Positions 12,440 through 24,697 of a stretch of 64,000 nt of DNA are shown here, piece by piece. The stretch spans positions 142,484 to 206,483 of the forward strand of contig NIVC01000244.1 of the NCBI GenBank assembly GCA_002269645.1, given 5' to 3'. Position numbers and translations under genes: made by a program. The DNA is from Macrostomum lignano (Eukaryota). The number at the start of each line of letters is the position of its first letter. Within the stretch, counting starts at the first letter, position 1. The notes beneath the pieces are model-generated. The model worked only from the letters and a program-made list of their open reading frames with translations. It did no database searches and had not been told where the DNA came from.

Positions 12440-12879
12440 CCGCCAAGAGTGCCCTTCAGTTATTCCGTGCTACAAGTTTACAGACAAGAAGCCGCAGGCA
12501 AAAACTACGACAAATTGATTCAAATTGCCATGCATTTTCATTTGACGCGTAAAGAAAAAAACTGCACATATCGGCCGCGTTTGAATTTTACTAACTAAGC
12601 ATTACCTATCCTTCACACTCAGCCATTTATCTTTTGCTTAATCCACAAAATTGAACTTTTCCGCCCAAATTAGGCAGACTTGGCTGCGAATGTAAAATTA
12701 TTAATGATTGAAGGGTGTCAAGGTGGATCTTGATTGATATTAGTTTGAATAAATTCTTGAATGCCACTGCTACAAATGCTAGTTTTGCATATACTTATGT
12801 TGGTTTTGTTGCTGATACAACACAAATAAAAGCCTTTTTGCCGTTCGTTTTTTACAAATAGTTTAATTTAAATGTCTGA

Positions 12880-13960
12880 AAATCGGGCCAGTAACTGAGG
12901 ATATGGGAGACTGGCCCGGCAACTGAGGGTCTGGGAGGCTGGCCCAATAACTGAGGATCTGGGAGGCTGGCCCAGCTGATCTGGGAGGCTGGCCCAGCTG
13001 ATCTGGGAGGCTGGCCCAGCTGATCTGGGAGGCTGGCCCAGCTGATCTGGGAGGATGGCCCAGCTGATCTGGGAGGCTGGCCCAGCAACTGATGATCTGG
13101 GAGGCTGGCCCAGCAACTGAGGATCTGGGAGGCTGGCCCAGCAACTGATGATCTGGGAGGCTGGCCCAGCAACTGAGGATCTGGGAGGCTGGCCCAGCAA
13201 TTAAGGATCCGGGAGGCTGGCCCAGCAACTGAGGATCTGGGAGGCTGGCCCAGCTGATCTGGGAGGATGGCCCAGCTGATCTGGGAGGCTGGCCCAGCTG
13301 ATCTGGGAGGCTGGCCCAGCTGATCTGGGAGGCTGGCCCAGCTGATCTGGGAGGATGGCCCAGCTGATCTGGGAGGCTGGCCCAGCAACTGATGATCTGG
13401 GAGGCTGGCCCAGCAACTGAGGATCTGGGAGGCTGGCCCAGCTGATCTGGGAGGCTGGCCCAGCAACTGATGATCTAGGAGGCTGGCCCAGCAACTGAGG
13501 ATCTGGGAGGCTGGCCCAGCAATTAAGGATCCGGGAGGCTGGCCCAGCAACTGAGGATCTGGGAGGCTGGCCCAGCTGATCTGGGAGGATGGCCCAGCTG
13601 ATCTGGGAGGCTGGCCCAGCTGATCTGGGAGGCTGGCCCAGCTGATCTGGGAGGCTGGCCCAGCTGATCTGGGAGGATGGCCCAGCTGATCTGGGAGGCT
13701 GGCCCAGCAACTGATGATCTGGGAGGCTGGCCCAGCAACTGAGGATCTGGGAGGCTGGCCCAGCTGATCTGGGAGGCTGGCCCAGCTGATCTGGGAGGCT
13801 GGCCCAGCAACTGATGATCTGGGAGGCTGGCCCAGCAACTGAGGATCTGGGAGGCTGGCCCAGCAATTAAGGATCCGGGAGGCTGGCCCAGCAACTGAGG
13901 ATCTGGGAGGCTGGCCCAGCAATTAAGGATTTGGGAGGCTGGCCCAGCAACTGGGGATCT
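12880..13960 (-). repeat. 28/20-bp minisatellite, inverted relative to 5274-5410
   Basis: Units gaggctggcccagcaactgaggatctgg and gaggctggcccagctgatctgg, between the converging 3' ends of genes B and C. Confidence 0.95.
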
Positions 13961-14298
13961 GGTAAGAAAAAAGGATGTATTTCTTCTTGGCAGAAAAACT
14001 GAAAAGAAAAAGACAAGCGAAAGAAATTCAAATGAAAATTAGTTCTGTACTTTAATGCTGCAACTGTACACAAAAATGCAGCTGTAGAGAAATAAATTAA
14101 CAGGAGTCATGAAAAGCATTTTGAAAGAAAATCTATGCACCAGCAAAGCAGTTCTCAGGCTGGCAGTGTCACTGAAAGACTAGAAAGTCTGTAGAAGTCT
14201 GCTGCTACTGCATGCAGTTAAGAATAATATTGTACATACAGGCCAATCGGCAACAGAAATGCGAGGCACCAAAAATGATATTGTTGATTAATATTTGC

Positions 14299-17200
14299 TC
14301 AACTGTCGGACAGGCGGACAATCCAAGCGGACAAGTCGGATCCGGCCACTTCAGACGGACTGTCGGCCGTGGCCGCGGAATCTGTAGCTGCCGCTAAGTC
14401 GGACTCGCCGATGTCCCAGAGCTTCTGAATCTGAGGATCAACCGGCTGCTTCTGGGCAGTTGCCAACAGGCTGAGCGCACCAGGTCTCTGGGAGACACCC
14501 GGCTGCTGCTGAGCTGCACCGCATCGGCCCGGAACGGCAGTCACAACAGCAGGGACAGCGGCTCCGCTTTGTGCCGCTCCGCCGCGATAAACTTTTAGCA
14601 CGGGAAACCCGGCCGCTCGATCGCTCCAACGGACTGAAGCAGCCGGCCACGGCGGCGGCTGCTGCTGCTGCTGCGGTTTCCTCGGCGGCCTTGGACGCTG
14701 CTGCAGCACCTGCTGCGTAGCTTCATCTTGGCGCCCATCCTGACGAAATCCCATAGCCATAAACTTTACTATACGCATCTCTGGCGGCGCGAACGGCACA
14801 ATGGGGTAGGCTGTCTTCATTCTACGCCGTTGGTCATCGGCGGCGGCCAAGTCAAAGCAGACGCCAATGTTGGCCACGCCTTCGGTGTCGTCGACGGCGG
14901 AGTCTCCGTCGGCCAGGTTGAAATCGACGCCGACATCCTCCGGTGGTGGTGACCGAGGCTGCGACGACCTCGACGGCTGCAAGCGTTGGGTGCCGAGACG
15001 GCTGTAGCCAACCCGGCGGCTGAGCCGGTCGGCTGGCCTGCGGGCAGGCGGTTTCAGTAGGGTCGGCGATGCTGTGGTTTGCGGCTCGTGTGTACATGTG
15101 TGCCTGGAGCATCCTACTACTTGGGGACGCTGGGAGAAAGCGGCCTCACAATTAGGGATCATGGCAGATAGCGGCCTCACAATTAGGGATCATGGCAGAT
15201 AGCGGCCTCACAATTAGGGATCATGGCAGATAGCGGCCTCACAATTAGGGATCATGGCAGATAGCGGCCTCACAATTAGGGATCATGGCAGATAGCGGCC
15301 TCACAATTAGGGATCATGGCAGATAGCGGCCTCACAATTAGGGATCATGGCAGATAGCGGCCTCACAATTGGGGATCATGGCAGATAGCGGCCTCACAAT
15401 TGGGGATCATGGCAGATAGCGGCCTCACAATTGGGGATCATGGCAGATAGCGGCCTCACAATTAGGGATCATGGGAGAAAGCGGCCTCTCAATTATGGAC
15501 ACTGGCAGATAGCAGCCTCACTACAATGGACACTGGCAGATAGCGGCCTCACTACAATGGACACTGGCAGATAGCGGCCTCACTACAATGGACACTGGCA
15601 GATAGCGGCCTCACTACAACGGACACTGGCAGATAGCGGCCTCACTACAATGGACACTGGCAGATAGCAGCCTCACTACAACGGACACTGGCAGATAGCG
15701 GCCTCACTACAACGGACACTGGCAGATAGCGGCCTCACTACAATGGACCCTGGCAGATAGCGGCCTCACTACAATGGACACTGGCAGATAGCGGCCTCAC
15801 TACAACGGACACTGGCAGATAGCGGCCTCACTACAACGGACACTGGCAGATAGCGGCCTCACTACAATGGACCCTGGCAGATAGCAGCCTCACTACAATG
15901 GACACTGGCAGATAGCGGCCTCACTACAACGGACACTGGCAGATAGCGGCCTCACTACAACGGACACTGGCAGATAGCGGCCTCACTACAATGGACCCTG
16001 GCAGATAGCAGCCTCACTACAATGGACACTGGCAGATAGCGGCCTCACTACAACGGACACTGGCAGATAGCGGCCTCACTACAATGGACACTGGCAGATA
16101 GCGGCCTCACTACAACGGACACTGGCAGATAGCGGCCTCACTACAACGGACACTGGCAGATAGCGGCCTCACTACAATGGACACTGGCAGATAGCGGCCT
16201 CACTACAATGGACACTGGCAGATAGCGGCCTCACTACAATGGACACTGGCAGATAGCGGCCTCACTACAATGGACACTGGCAGATAGCGGCCTCACTACA
16301 ATGGACCCTGGCAGATAGCGGCCTCACTACAATGGACCCTGGCAGATAGCGGCCTCACTACAATGGACACTGGCAGATAGCGGCCAAAAATCTCACCTGC
16401 CCACAGGATGGTTGTGCTCCAAACTGCTGTGAGCCGCCACGTACAGAGCCCGCTGAGCAGCGGCAAGGCGTAGCACCAGCTGAAATGGACAGTTCAGCCT
16501 GGCCCTGGGCAGCCTAGTAGGCCTGCGATGGCCCAGCCTAGGCGAATGATCGCACAGCACAAACACCTGGGCATATTTTAGATGAATTAGATCGGCCAAT
16601 CTACCTGTGAAATTTTGAAAGACAGTAAAAAAAATATTTTAACCGATGAAAATGGGGAATTTGGGGGATAGCGATGTCAAAACAATGGGTCACACTGGGA
16701 AGATAGCGGACTTGCTACAATAAGAAAGCTAGAAGATGGGAGGCCTCACAACAATGGCAAGGCTGCGGACACCCTGGCCTAACGCCTTCGACGAGATCGC
16801 TGAGGCAATTCTGCCCATTCCGCTGACTCCTGAGCACAATACAAGCCCTCTAATACTGTACGCAGGCACGGCACTCATACACGCTCACACAGGGTGTACA
16901 GCGAGAGATGAGAAGAGGAGAAGAGAGAAGGGGAGGAGAGAGAAGAGAAAAGAGAAGAGAAGAGAGAAGAGAAGAAAGAAGAGAAGAGGAGAAGAGAGAA
17001 GAGGAGAAGAGAGAAGAGAGAAGAGAAGAGAGAAGAGAGAAGAGGAGAAGAGAGAAGAGGAGAAGAGAGAAGAGGAGAAGAGAGAAGAGAGAAGAGGAAA
17101 AGAGAGAAGAGAGAAGAGAGAAGAGAGAAGAGAGAAGAGGAGAAGAGAGAAGAGGAGAAGAGAGAAGAGGAAAAGAGAGAAGAGAAGAGAGAAGAGGAGA

Positions 17201-20200
17201 AGAGAGAAGAGAGAAGAGAGAAGAGAGAAGAGAGAAGAGAGAAGAGGAGAAGAGAGAAGAGAGAAAAGAGAAGAGAGAAGAGGAAAAGAGAGAAGAGGAA
17301 AAGAGAGAAGAGGAGAAGAGAGAAGAGGAGAAGAGAGAAGAGAGAAGAGGAAAAGAGAAAAGAGAGAAGAGGAAAAGAGAGAAGAGGAAAAGAGAGAAGA
17401 GGAAAAGAGAGAAGAGGAAAAGAGAGAAGAGGAGAAGAGAGAAGAGGAGAAGAGAGAAGAGGAGAAGAGAGAAGAGGAGAAGAGAGAAGAGAAGAAGAGA
17501 GAAGAGGAGAAGAGAGAAGAGGAGAAGAGAGAAGAGGAGAAGAGAGAAGAGGAGAGAGAAGAGAGAAGAGAGAAGAGGAGAAGAGAGAAGAGGAGAAGAG
17601 AGAAGAGAGAAGAAGAGAGAAGAAGAGGAGAAGAGAGAAGAGGAGAAGAGAGAAGAGGAGAAGAGAGAAGAGAGAAGAGGAGAAGAGAGAAGAGAGAAGA
17701 GAGAAGAGGAGAAGAGAGAAGAGAGAAGAGGAGAAGAGAGAAGAGGAGAAGAGAGAAGAGAAGAGAGAAGAAGAGAAGAGAGAAGAGAGAAGAGAGAAGA
17801 GGAGAAGAGAGAAGAGGAGAAGAGAGAAGAGAGAAGAGGAGAAGAGAGAAGAGGAGAAGAGAGAAGAGAGAAGAGGAGAAGAGAGAAGAGAGAAGAGAGA
17901 AGAGGAGAAGAGAGAAGAGAGAAGAGAGAAGAGAGAAGAGAGAAGAGGAGAAGAGAGAAGAGGAGAAGAGAGAAGAGAGAAGAGGAAAAGAGAGAAGAGG
18001 AAAAGAGAGAAGAGGAGAAGAGAGAAGAGGAGAAGAGAGAAGAGAGAAGAGGAAAAGAGAGAAGAGAGAAGAGGAAAAGAGAGAAGAGAGAAGAGGAAAA
18101 GAGAGAAGAGGAAAAGAGAGAAGAGGAAAAGAGAGAAGAGGAAAAGAGAGAAGAGGAGAAGAGAGAAGAGGAGGAAGAGAGAAGAGGAGAAGAGAGAAAG
18201 AGAAGAGGAGAAGAGAGAAGAGAGAAGAGAAGAAGAGAGAAGAGGAAAGAGAGAAGAGGAGAAGAGAGAAGAGGAGAAGAGAGAAGAGAGAAGAGAGAAG
18301 AGAGAAGAGGAGAAGAGAGAAGAGAGAAGAGAGAAGAGAGAAGAGAGAAGAGAGAAGAGGAGAAGAGAGAAGAGGAGAAGAGAGAAGAGGAGAAGAGAGA
18401 AGAGAGAAGAGAGAAGAGAGAAGAGGAGAAGAGAGAAGAGGAGAAGAGAGAAGAGAGAAGAGGAGAAGAGAGAAGAGGAGAAGAGAGAAGAGAGAAGAGG
18501 AGAAGAGAGAAGAGAGAAGAGAGAAGAGAGAAGAGAGAAGAGGAGAAGAGAGAAGAGAGAAGAGAGAAGAGAGAAGAGAGAGAGAGAAGAGGAGAAGAGA
18601 GAAGAGAGAAGAGAGAAGAGAGAAGAGAGAAGAGAGAAGAGAGAAGAGAGAAGAGGAGAAGAGAGAAGAGAGAAGAGAGAAGAGAGAAGAGAGAGAGAAG
18701 AGAGAAGAGAGAAGAGGAGAAGAGAGAAGAGAGAAGAGAGAAGAGAGAAGAGAGAAGAGAGAGAGAGAGAAGAGGAGAAGAGAGAAGAGAGAAGAGAGAA
18801 GAGAGAAGAGAGAAGAGAGAAGAGAGAAGAGAGAAGAGGAGAAGAGAGAAGAGAGAAGAGAGAAGAGAAGAGAGAAGAGAGAAGAGAGAGAGAAGAGGAG
18901 AAGAGAGAAGAGAGAAGAGAGAAGAGAGAAGAGAGAAGAGAGAAGAGAGAAGAGAGAAGAGGAGAAGAGAGAAGAGAGAGAGAGAGAAGAGAGAAGAGAG
19001 AAGAGAGAAGAGGAGAAGAGAGAAGAGGAGAAGAGAGAAGAGAGAAGAGAGAAGAGAGAAGAGAGAAGAGAGAAGAGGAGAAGAGGAGAAGAGAGAAGAG
19101 GAGAAGAGAGAAGAGAGAAGAGAGAAGAGAGAAGAGAGAAGAGAGAAGAGAGAAGAGAGAAGAGAGAAGAGAGAAGAGAGAAGAGAGAAGAGAGAGAGAA
19201 GAGAGAAGAGGAGAAGAGAGAAGAGGAGAAGAGGAGAAGAGAGAAGAGGAGAAGAGAGAAGAGAGAAGAGAGAGAGAGAAGAGGAGAAGAGAGAAGAGAG
19301 AAGAGAGAAGAGAGAAGAGGAGAAGAGAGAAGAGAGAAGAGAGAAGAGAGAAGAGGAGAAGAGAGAAGAGAGAAGAGAGAAGAGAGAAGAGGAGAAGAGA
19401 GAAGAGAGAAGAGAGAAGAGAGAAGAGAGAAGAGAGAGAGAAGAGAGAAGAGAGAAGAGAGAAGAGAGAAGAGAGAAGAGAGAAGAGGAGAAGAGAGAAG
19501 AGAAGAGAGAAGAGAGAAGAGAGAAGAGAGAAGAGAGAAGAGAGAAGAGAGAAGAGAGAAGAGAGAAGAGAGAAGAGAAGAGAGAAGAGAGAAGAGAGAA
19601 GAGAGAAGAGAGAAGAGAGAAGAGAGAAGAGGAGAAGAGAGAAGAGAGAAGAGAGAAGAGAGAAGAGAGAGAGAAGAGAGAGAAGAGAGAAGAGAGAAGA
19701 GAGAAGAGAGAAGAGGAGAAGAGAGAAGAAGAGAAGAGAGAAGAGAGAAGAGGAGAAGAGAGAAGAGAGAAGAGAGAAGAGAGAAGAGAAGAGAGAAGAG
19801 GAGAAGAGAGAAGAAGAGAAGAGAGAAGAGAGAAGAGGAGAAGAGAGAAGAGGAGAAGAGAGAAGAGAGAAGAGGAGAAGAGAGAAGAGGAGAAGAGAGA
19901 AGAGAGAAGAGAGAAGAGAGAAGAGGAGAAGAGAGAAGAGGAGAAGAGAGAAGAGAGAAGAGAGAAGAGAGAAGAGAGAAGAGAGAAGAGAGAAGAGAGA
20001 AGAGAGAAGAGAGAAGAGAGAAGAGAGAAGAGGAGAAGAGAGAAGAGGAGAAGAGAGAAGAGGAGAAGAGAGAAGAGAGAAGAGAGAAGAGAGAAGAGAG
20101 AAGAGAGAAGAGAGAAGAGAGAAGAGAGAAGAGAGAAGAGGAGAAGAGAGAAGAGAGAAGAGAGAAGAGAGAAGAGAGAAGAGAGAAGAGAGAAGAGGAG

Positions 20201-23145
20201 AAGAGAGAAGAGAGAAGAGAGAAGAGAGAAGAGGAGAAGAGAGAAGAGAGAAGAGAGAAGAGAGAAGAGGAGAAGAGAGAAGAGAGAAGAGAGAAGAGAG
20301 AAGAGGAGAAGAGAGAAGAGAGAAGAGAGAAGAGAGAAGAGAAGAGAGAAGAGAAGAGAGAAGAGAGAAGAGAGAAGAGAGAAGAGAGAAGAGAGAAGAG
20401 GAGAAGAGAGAAGAGAAGAGGAGAAGAGAGAAGAGGAGAAGAGAGAAGAGAGAAGAGAGAAGAGGAGAAGAGAGAAGAGAAGAGAGAAGAGAGAAGAGAG
20501 AAGAGAGAAGAGAGAAGAGAGAAGAGAGAAGAGAAGAGAGAAGAGAGAAGAGGAGAAGAGAGAAGAGAGAAGAGAGAAGAGGAGAAGAGAGAAGAAGAGA
20601 AGAGAGAAGAGAGAAGAGAGAAGAGAGAGGAGAAGAGAAGAGAGAAGAGGAGAAGAGAGAAGAAGAGAAGAGAGAAGAGGAGAAGAGAGAAGAAGAGAAG
20701 AGAGAAGAGAGAAGAGGAGAAGAGAGAAGAGAGAAGAGGAGAAGAGAGAAGAGAGAGAGAGAAGAGAGAAGAGAGAAGAGAGAAGAGAGAAGAGAGAAGA
20801 GAGAAGAGAGAAGAGAGAAGAGAGAAGAGAGAAGAGAGAAGAGAGAAGAGAAGAGAGAAGAGAAGAGAGAAGAGGAGAAGAGAGAAGAGAGAAGAAGAAG
20901 AGAGAAGAGAGAGAGAGAGAGAGAGAAGAGAGAAGAGGAGACAGAAGAGAGCCGAGAAGAGACAAACCCGGGTTTGCCGACCCCTGAGTTAGACCATAAC
21001 GAGCTAAAACAGATACTGATAGTAACTGGCTATTGAATTCAATACCATCAACAGACAAGCCAGCAATTACCAGAGCCCGGATGCCTGGATAAGTAGCTCT
21101 CAATCGACACAGAGTTAGTCACTAGCAGGTTGGCCCCGGTGGCGGCCTCCAGGCCAGTTAGCAGAGCGCCGGCGCACTGCCAACAGCAGATCAGGCTGGC
21201 CTTGTTCGCCCCGGCAGCACCGCTGGCACCCGCGGCGACTCGTTCAGCCAATAAACGAGGCGCCTCGGCCCGCCAAGCGGCAAGGAGCGCGGTCGGATGG
21301 CCGGCGACAGCGGCCGGACAGCCCAAATGCCGGTCGGGGTCGATTTCGAACGGCGTCAGGCAGCGCCGGCGCCTGCTGCCGCTGCCGGCTGAGCGATGCG
21401 GCTGCCGCAGACGCTGATGCCTGATTTCGCCGCCACAATTCGAGCTGGAACGCCTGTTGCTACGGATTAGATTTTATTACATCATGCTTATAGAATCAAG
21501 GCTCCAGTGAACTCTAGCAGCTCCTCTCTCCACAATCACACCTAATGGTCTCGTTCTAGCAGCAAACAGCCCAGCTTCTCCTTTAGGCTTCCTTTCTCTA
21601 GAGCAGAGCCACAGAAGCAGTGCTTCATCCCCGCACACTGTAAATTATGGAAGCATTTGGCTTTTTTCCTTTGTCTTGTTCGCCTTCCATTCTCTCCTTT
21701 TGTTTTCTTTCACTTCCTTTCCGCTTACCTCGTCGTGGCTATGGGAACCATTGTGTCATTGACCACTGCCATGGTGAGTTGCATACAATAATAATAGTAA
21801 TATATAATATTATAGACGAAGTCCCACAAAGCACAGCTTATGAACTTGTTGCAATCCTGGGCCCAATAAAACATAAGACCTTTATGAGCACGATACTAAT
21901 TGTAAATAATTTAAGGCTCTTAGGTTCAAGATTCTATTCAGTAGTAATTAAGGAAAGAAAATAGCAGTTATTTTGAGCAAGGAAGCGACAAGAAAAAATC
22001 AATAATTGTTGTAACTGTTTTTTAGCGCAATATACCGGCTGTCTCAATAAAAAGGAGCCAAAATAGATGCATATTGTGACACAACCTCTCATCGGATAGG
22101 TTTTAGCTATCTGTGGATAGACAATACTTATAAATGATACAAAAATAAAGATTTAAGGCCAAACTACCCGATTAAAAAAGTAGGTTTTGTTATACATAAT
22201 ATATAGGTCTTACATACTAGGGTGGGAATTGAGACCAAAATCTCACCTGGCGCTGTTTGGTCGCACATCTGTCAACTGACTGGTATCCGCCTGTGGAGTG
22301 GTTGGCAAAGCCAACGATGAATCAGGCACAGTCAGACAGGCCATTGTAGACAGCGATTCAGCATCATCAGCAGCCTCAGCATCCGGCTGCTCATGAGCCG
22401 CTGGAGCGGTGACGTCAGCCCCAGCGGAGCCTGATTCCACCGCGAACGAAGCCTGGATGGAAGCTGTAGCAGCGGTCGGTGTCTCCGCTCTTCTCACAGT
22501 CGGCGTGGAGCTGCCGCTGCTGCTACCAAAGCACGGCTGCCGCTCCACCATCAGCGCCTCTATTGTAGATTGGTCCCGAGCTCGATCTCTCGGAGTCAGT
22601 CCGGCCGAATCAGTCTGGCCGGGATCGGCGCCGGCCTTCAACAGTAGCTGGATAGCGCCCGGCTGACAGCCGATAGCGGCCCAGTGCAACGGCGCCAGGC
22701 CCGTGGCGGGGCAGGCGGAGTCGGCCGAATAGCCGCTAGTCAGAAGGCGGCGCGCCGCTGGCAAGTCGCCGCACATACTGGCCTCCCGAAGCGCCATGGA
22801 GCCAAGAGCGCGCAGGCCGACAGCCGACAGGGCCGGGGAATCGTGTCCGGAGTGCGCCAGGCACAGCTGGACAATAACCAGCGCCTGGCGCTTCGGACAG
22901 GCTTTGGCGCGTAGGCCAAACTGGCAGTCTGGCGCCAGCGGACAGGCCAAGTTAAGGAAGCTGTAGCGCAAACTGGCCTCATCAATGCGCATGTAGGGCG
23001 CTTTGACTATGGAATTGTGGCAGCCGGCGCTGCGGGTGCCTGTGCTCTTCACTAGGCGGCTGCCAGTGGCGTCAGACAGGCAATCCGCCGCTGCCTGCAG
23101 TTCGCGATAGGTTGGAAACTCGCAGCCAACAAATATGTCGGCCAT
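14299..23145 (-). CDS. 764-aa protein: ZSWIM3-N/FAR1-like zinc domain + ankyrin repeats + second ZSWIM3-N/FAR1-like zinc domain + low-complexity tail
   Basis: Exons 23145-22247, 21453-21071, 16604-16397, 15103-14299; 2295 nt; phases 2,1,2 consistent; donors gtgag/gtaat/gtgag. Domain 1: MADIFVGCEFPTYREL...LRYSFLNLAC-x5-C-x23-H-x2-H. ANK: GDLPAARRLL...TGLAPLHWAAIGCQPGAIQLLLKAGADP...GLTP. Domain 2: ...LKYAQVFVLC-x20-CPFQLVLRL...LEHNH. Domain names come from motif recall, not a search; the 15103 acceptor is the weakest site. Confidence 0.8.
15135..16385. repeat. Two abutting 31-bp minisatellites in gene C intron 3
   Basis: gcggcctcacaattagggatcatggcagata (15135-~15480), then gcggcctcactacaatggacactggcagata (~15490-16385). 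Confidence 0.95.
16765..16905 (-). mobile_element. Fragment of a dispersed SINE-like family (copy 1 of 3)
   Basis: ctgcccattccgctgactcctgagcacaatacaag...ctcacacagggtgtacagcg matches 48160-48245 and 58460-58550. Confidence 0.7.
16906..20960. repeat. ~4-kb purine-only (A/G) repeat in gene C intron 2
   Basis: aagagag/aagagg(ag) motifs; by eye no C or T between ~16910 and ~20941. Confidence 0.97.
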
Positions 23146-24697
23146 TTGTGCTGGATGTGAAGGAAGACCTGCCTGCCGTCTTGGGCCGCTGAGCGATTCC
23201 CGTATTCTTGGTGTTACAGAGGCAGGGAATATGAGACAGTTGCCAAATATGTCTAGCTCAACTTTTTCTAGTCTGACACTCAACACATGTAGTCATCCAA
23301 TACTTCTATTGTTCTGCATCTCAGTGAGATTTTAATTTTTAGACTAGAATCTCTAAGATGGCTTATAAACTATAATTTTTAGCATATATAATGGATTTAA
23401 GTGTGACTTATATACATTATGTACAATACCACATAGATTAGTGTGGTCAATTTGGCTAATATATGCATTTGGAATAGATTAATTAATCTATAGTTTAGAA
23501 CACTATATGTAGAAAAAGTAGAAAGTAGAAAAAAATCTTTTTTTTTGGTTTACACTGATACACACAGACATTACCTTACACAAAGCTCTAAATTGTCAAT
23601 TAGACAAAGTTAAAAATAAAAATAATAGTTATTTTTGTATAATGTTTTATATAAACAATAAAGAACAAAAGTAAAATTTGGTGCATTTTTTGTTAATTTT
23701 TTAAATCCTTACTTTGTAAAAACATGGAAGTTAGTTTAGTGTTAAATAGTTATCAAATGTTAAGATTATATAATATATATGCATCTAGACAACTATTGTG
23801 ACTAGATATAGATAAAATGATAATGTATTTTTGGTACATCATATCAAAATATTAAATACATATACAAAAAGCCCAAAATAACTTTTTGTATAAACATATA
23901 TGCCAAAATTCTTGAATATACTCTAGAAAAAAAGCATACATGTCTTCTTCCTGACTATGGCATTTAAATTTATACAAAATGACTATAAAATAATATGGAT
24001 AGTATATATAAGTATACTTGTAGTGTTAAAAAAAATAGATTTTTTGTTGTCAAAACTTGTTTACAATAATAAAAACCTTTTCTTATAAAAAAGTTTTTAT
24101 TAGGTCTTATCCTATTGTATTTGTATTATAATAAATATAATACACTATAAATACATATAGACACAAATAAATACAAATACAGTAGGATAAGACCTAATAA
24201 AAACTATTTTCTCTATCTAAAAACATAGGTTAGGTAGCCCCTCCTATACATTAATATTCTATAGTAGGTAAGTAGCCTAGGCCTAGTAAGTAGGATGGCA
24301 ATATAAAGAATCATGTTTGGCTATTTTCTAGAAATACATTTAGCTAGGCCCAATCCAAATCTATTCAGCCTTGTTATATATATTATAAATATGTTTACTT
24401 TTGCTTTTGAAACAAACTAAGATCAAGAAAAATATTATATTAGGCTTTTCACAAAGATTGGTTCCAGAACCAGATTAATTCCAATTCCAAAACCAGAATT
24501 GGTAGGAAAATGAAAAGCATCAATTTTTTTATTTGTATTTAATTATAGTACTTCTCAAAAGTTAAAAAACATTTTTTTTATAAACTATGACCTACACTTT
24601 TGAGCTTTCAGTATTCTTTTTGAAATGTTTGAAATATTATTTTAAATTTGTCCTATTGGCTATTGTTTCGAAAGAAATATGACAAAGGATTGACCCT

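Noticed and set aside
2418-13922. Repeat ORFs at 2418-3179, 10256-11442 and 12852-13922
   Set aside because: Translations of tandem repeats lying in introns or between genes.
15135-16385. CRISPR-like appearance of 31-47-bp arrays (here and elsewhere)
   Set aside because: No unique spacers and no cas genes; the context is eukaryotic with spliced genes.
16736-21103. 1359-1418-aa ORFs (Arg/Glu/Lys-rich on +, Leu/Ser/Phe-rich on -)
   Set aside because: A purine-only repeat cannot contain stop codons in these frames. It lies inside an intron of gene C and has no coding context.
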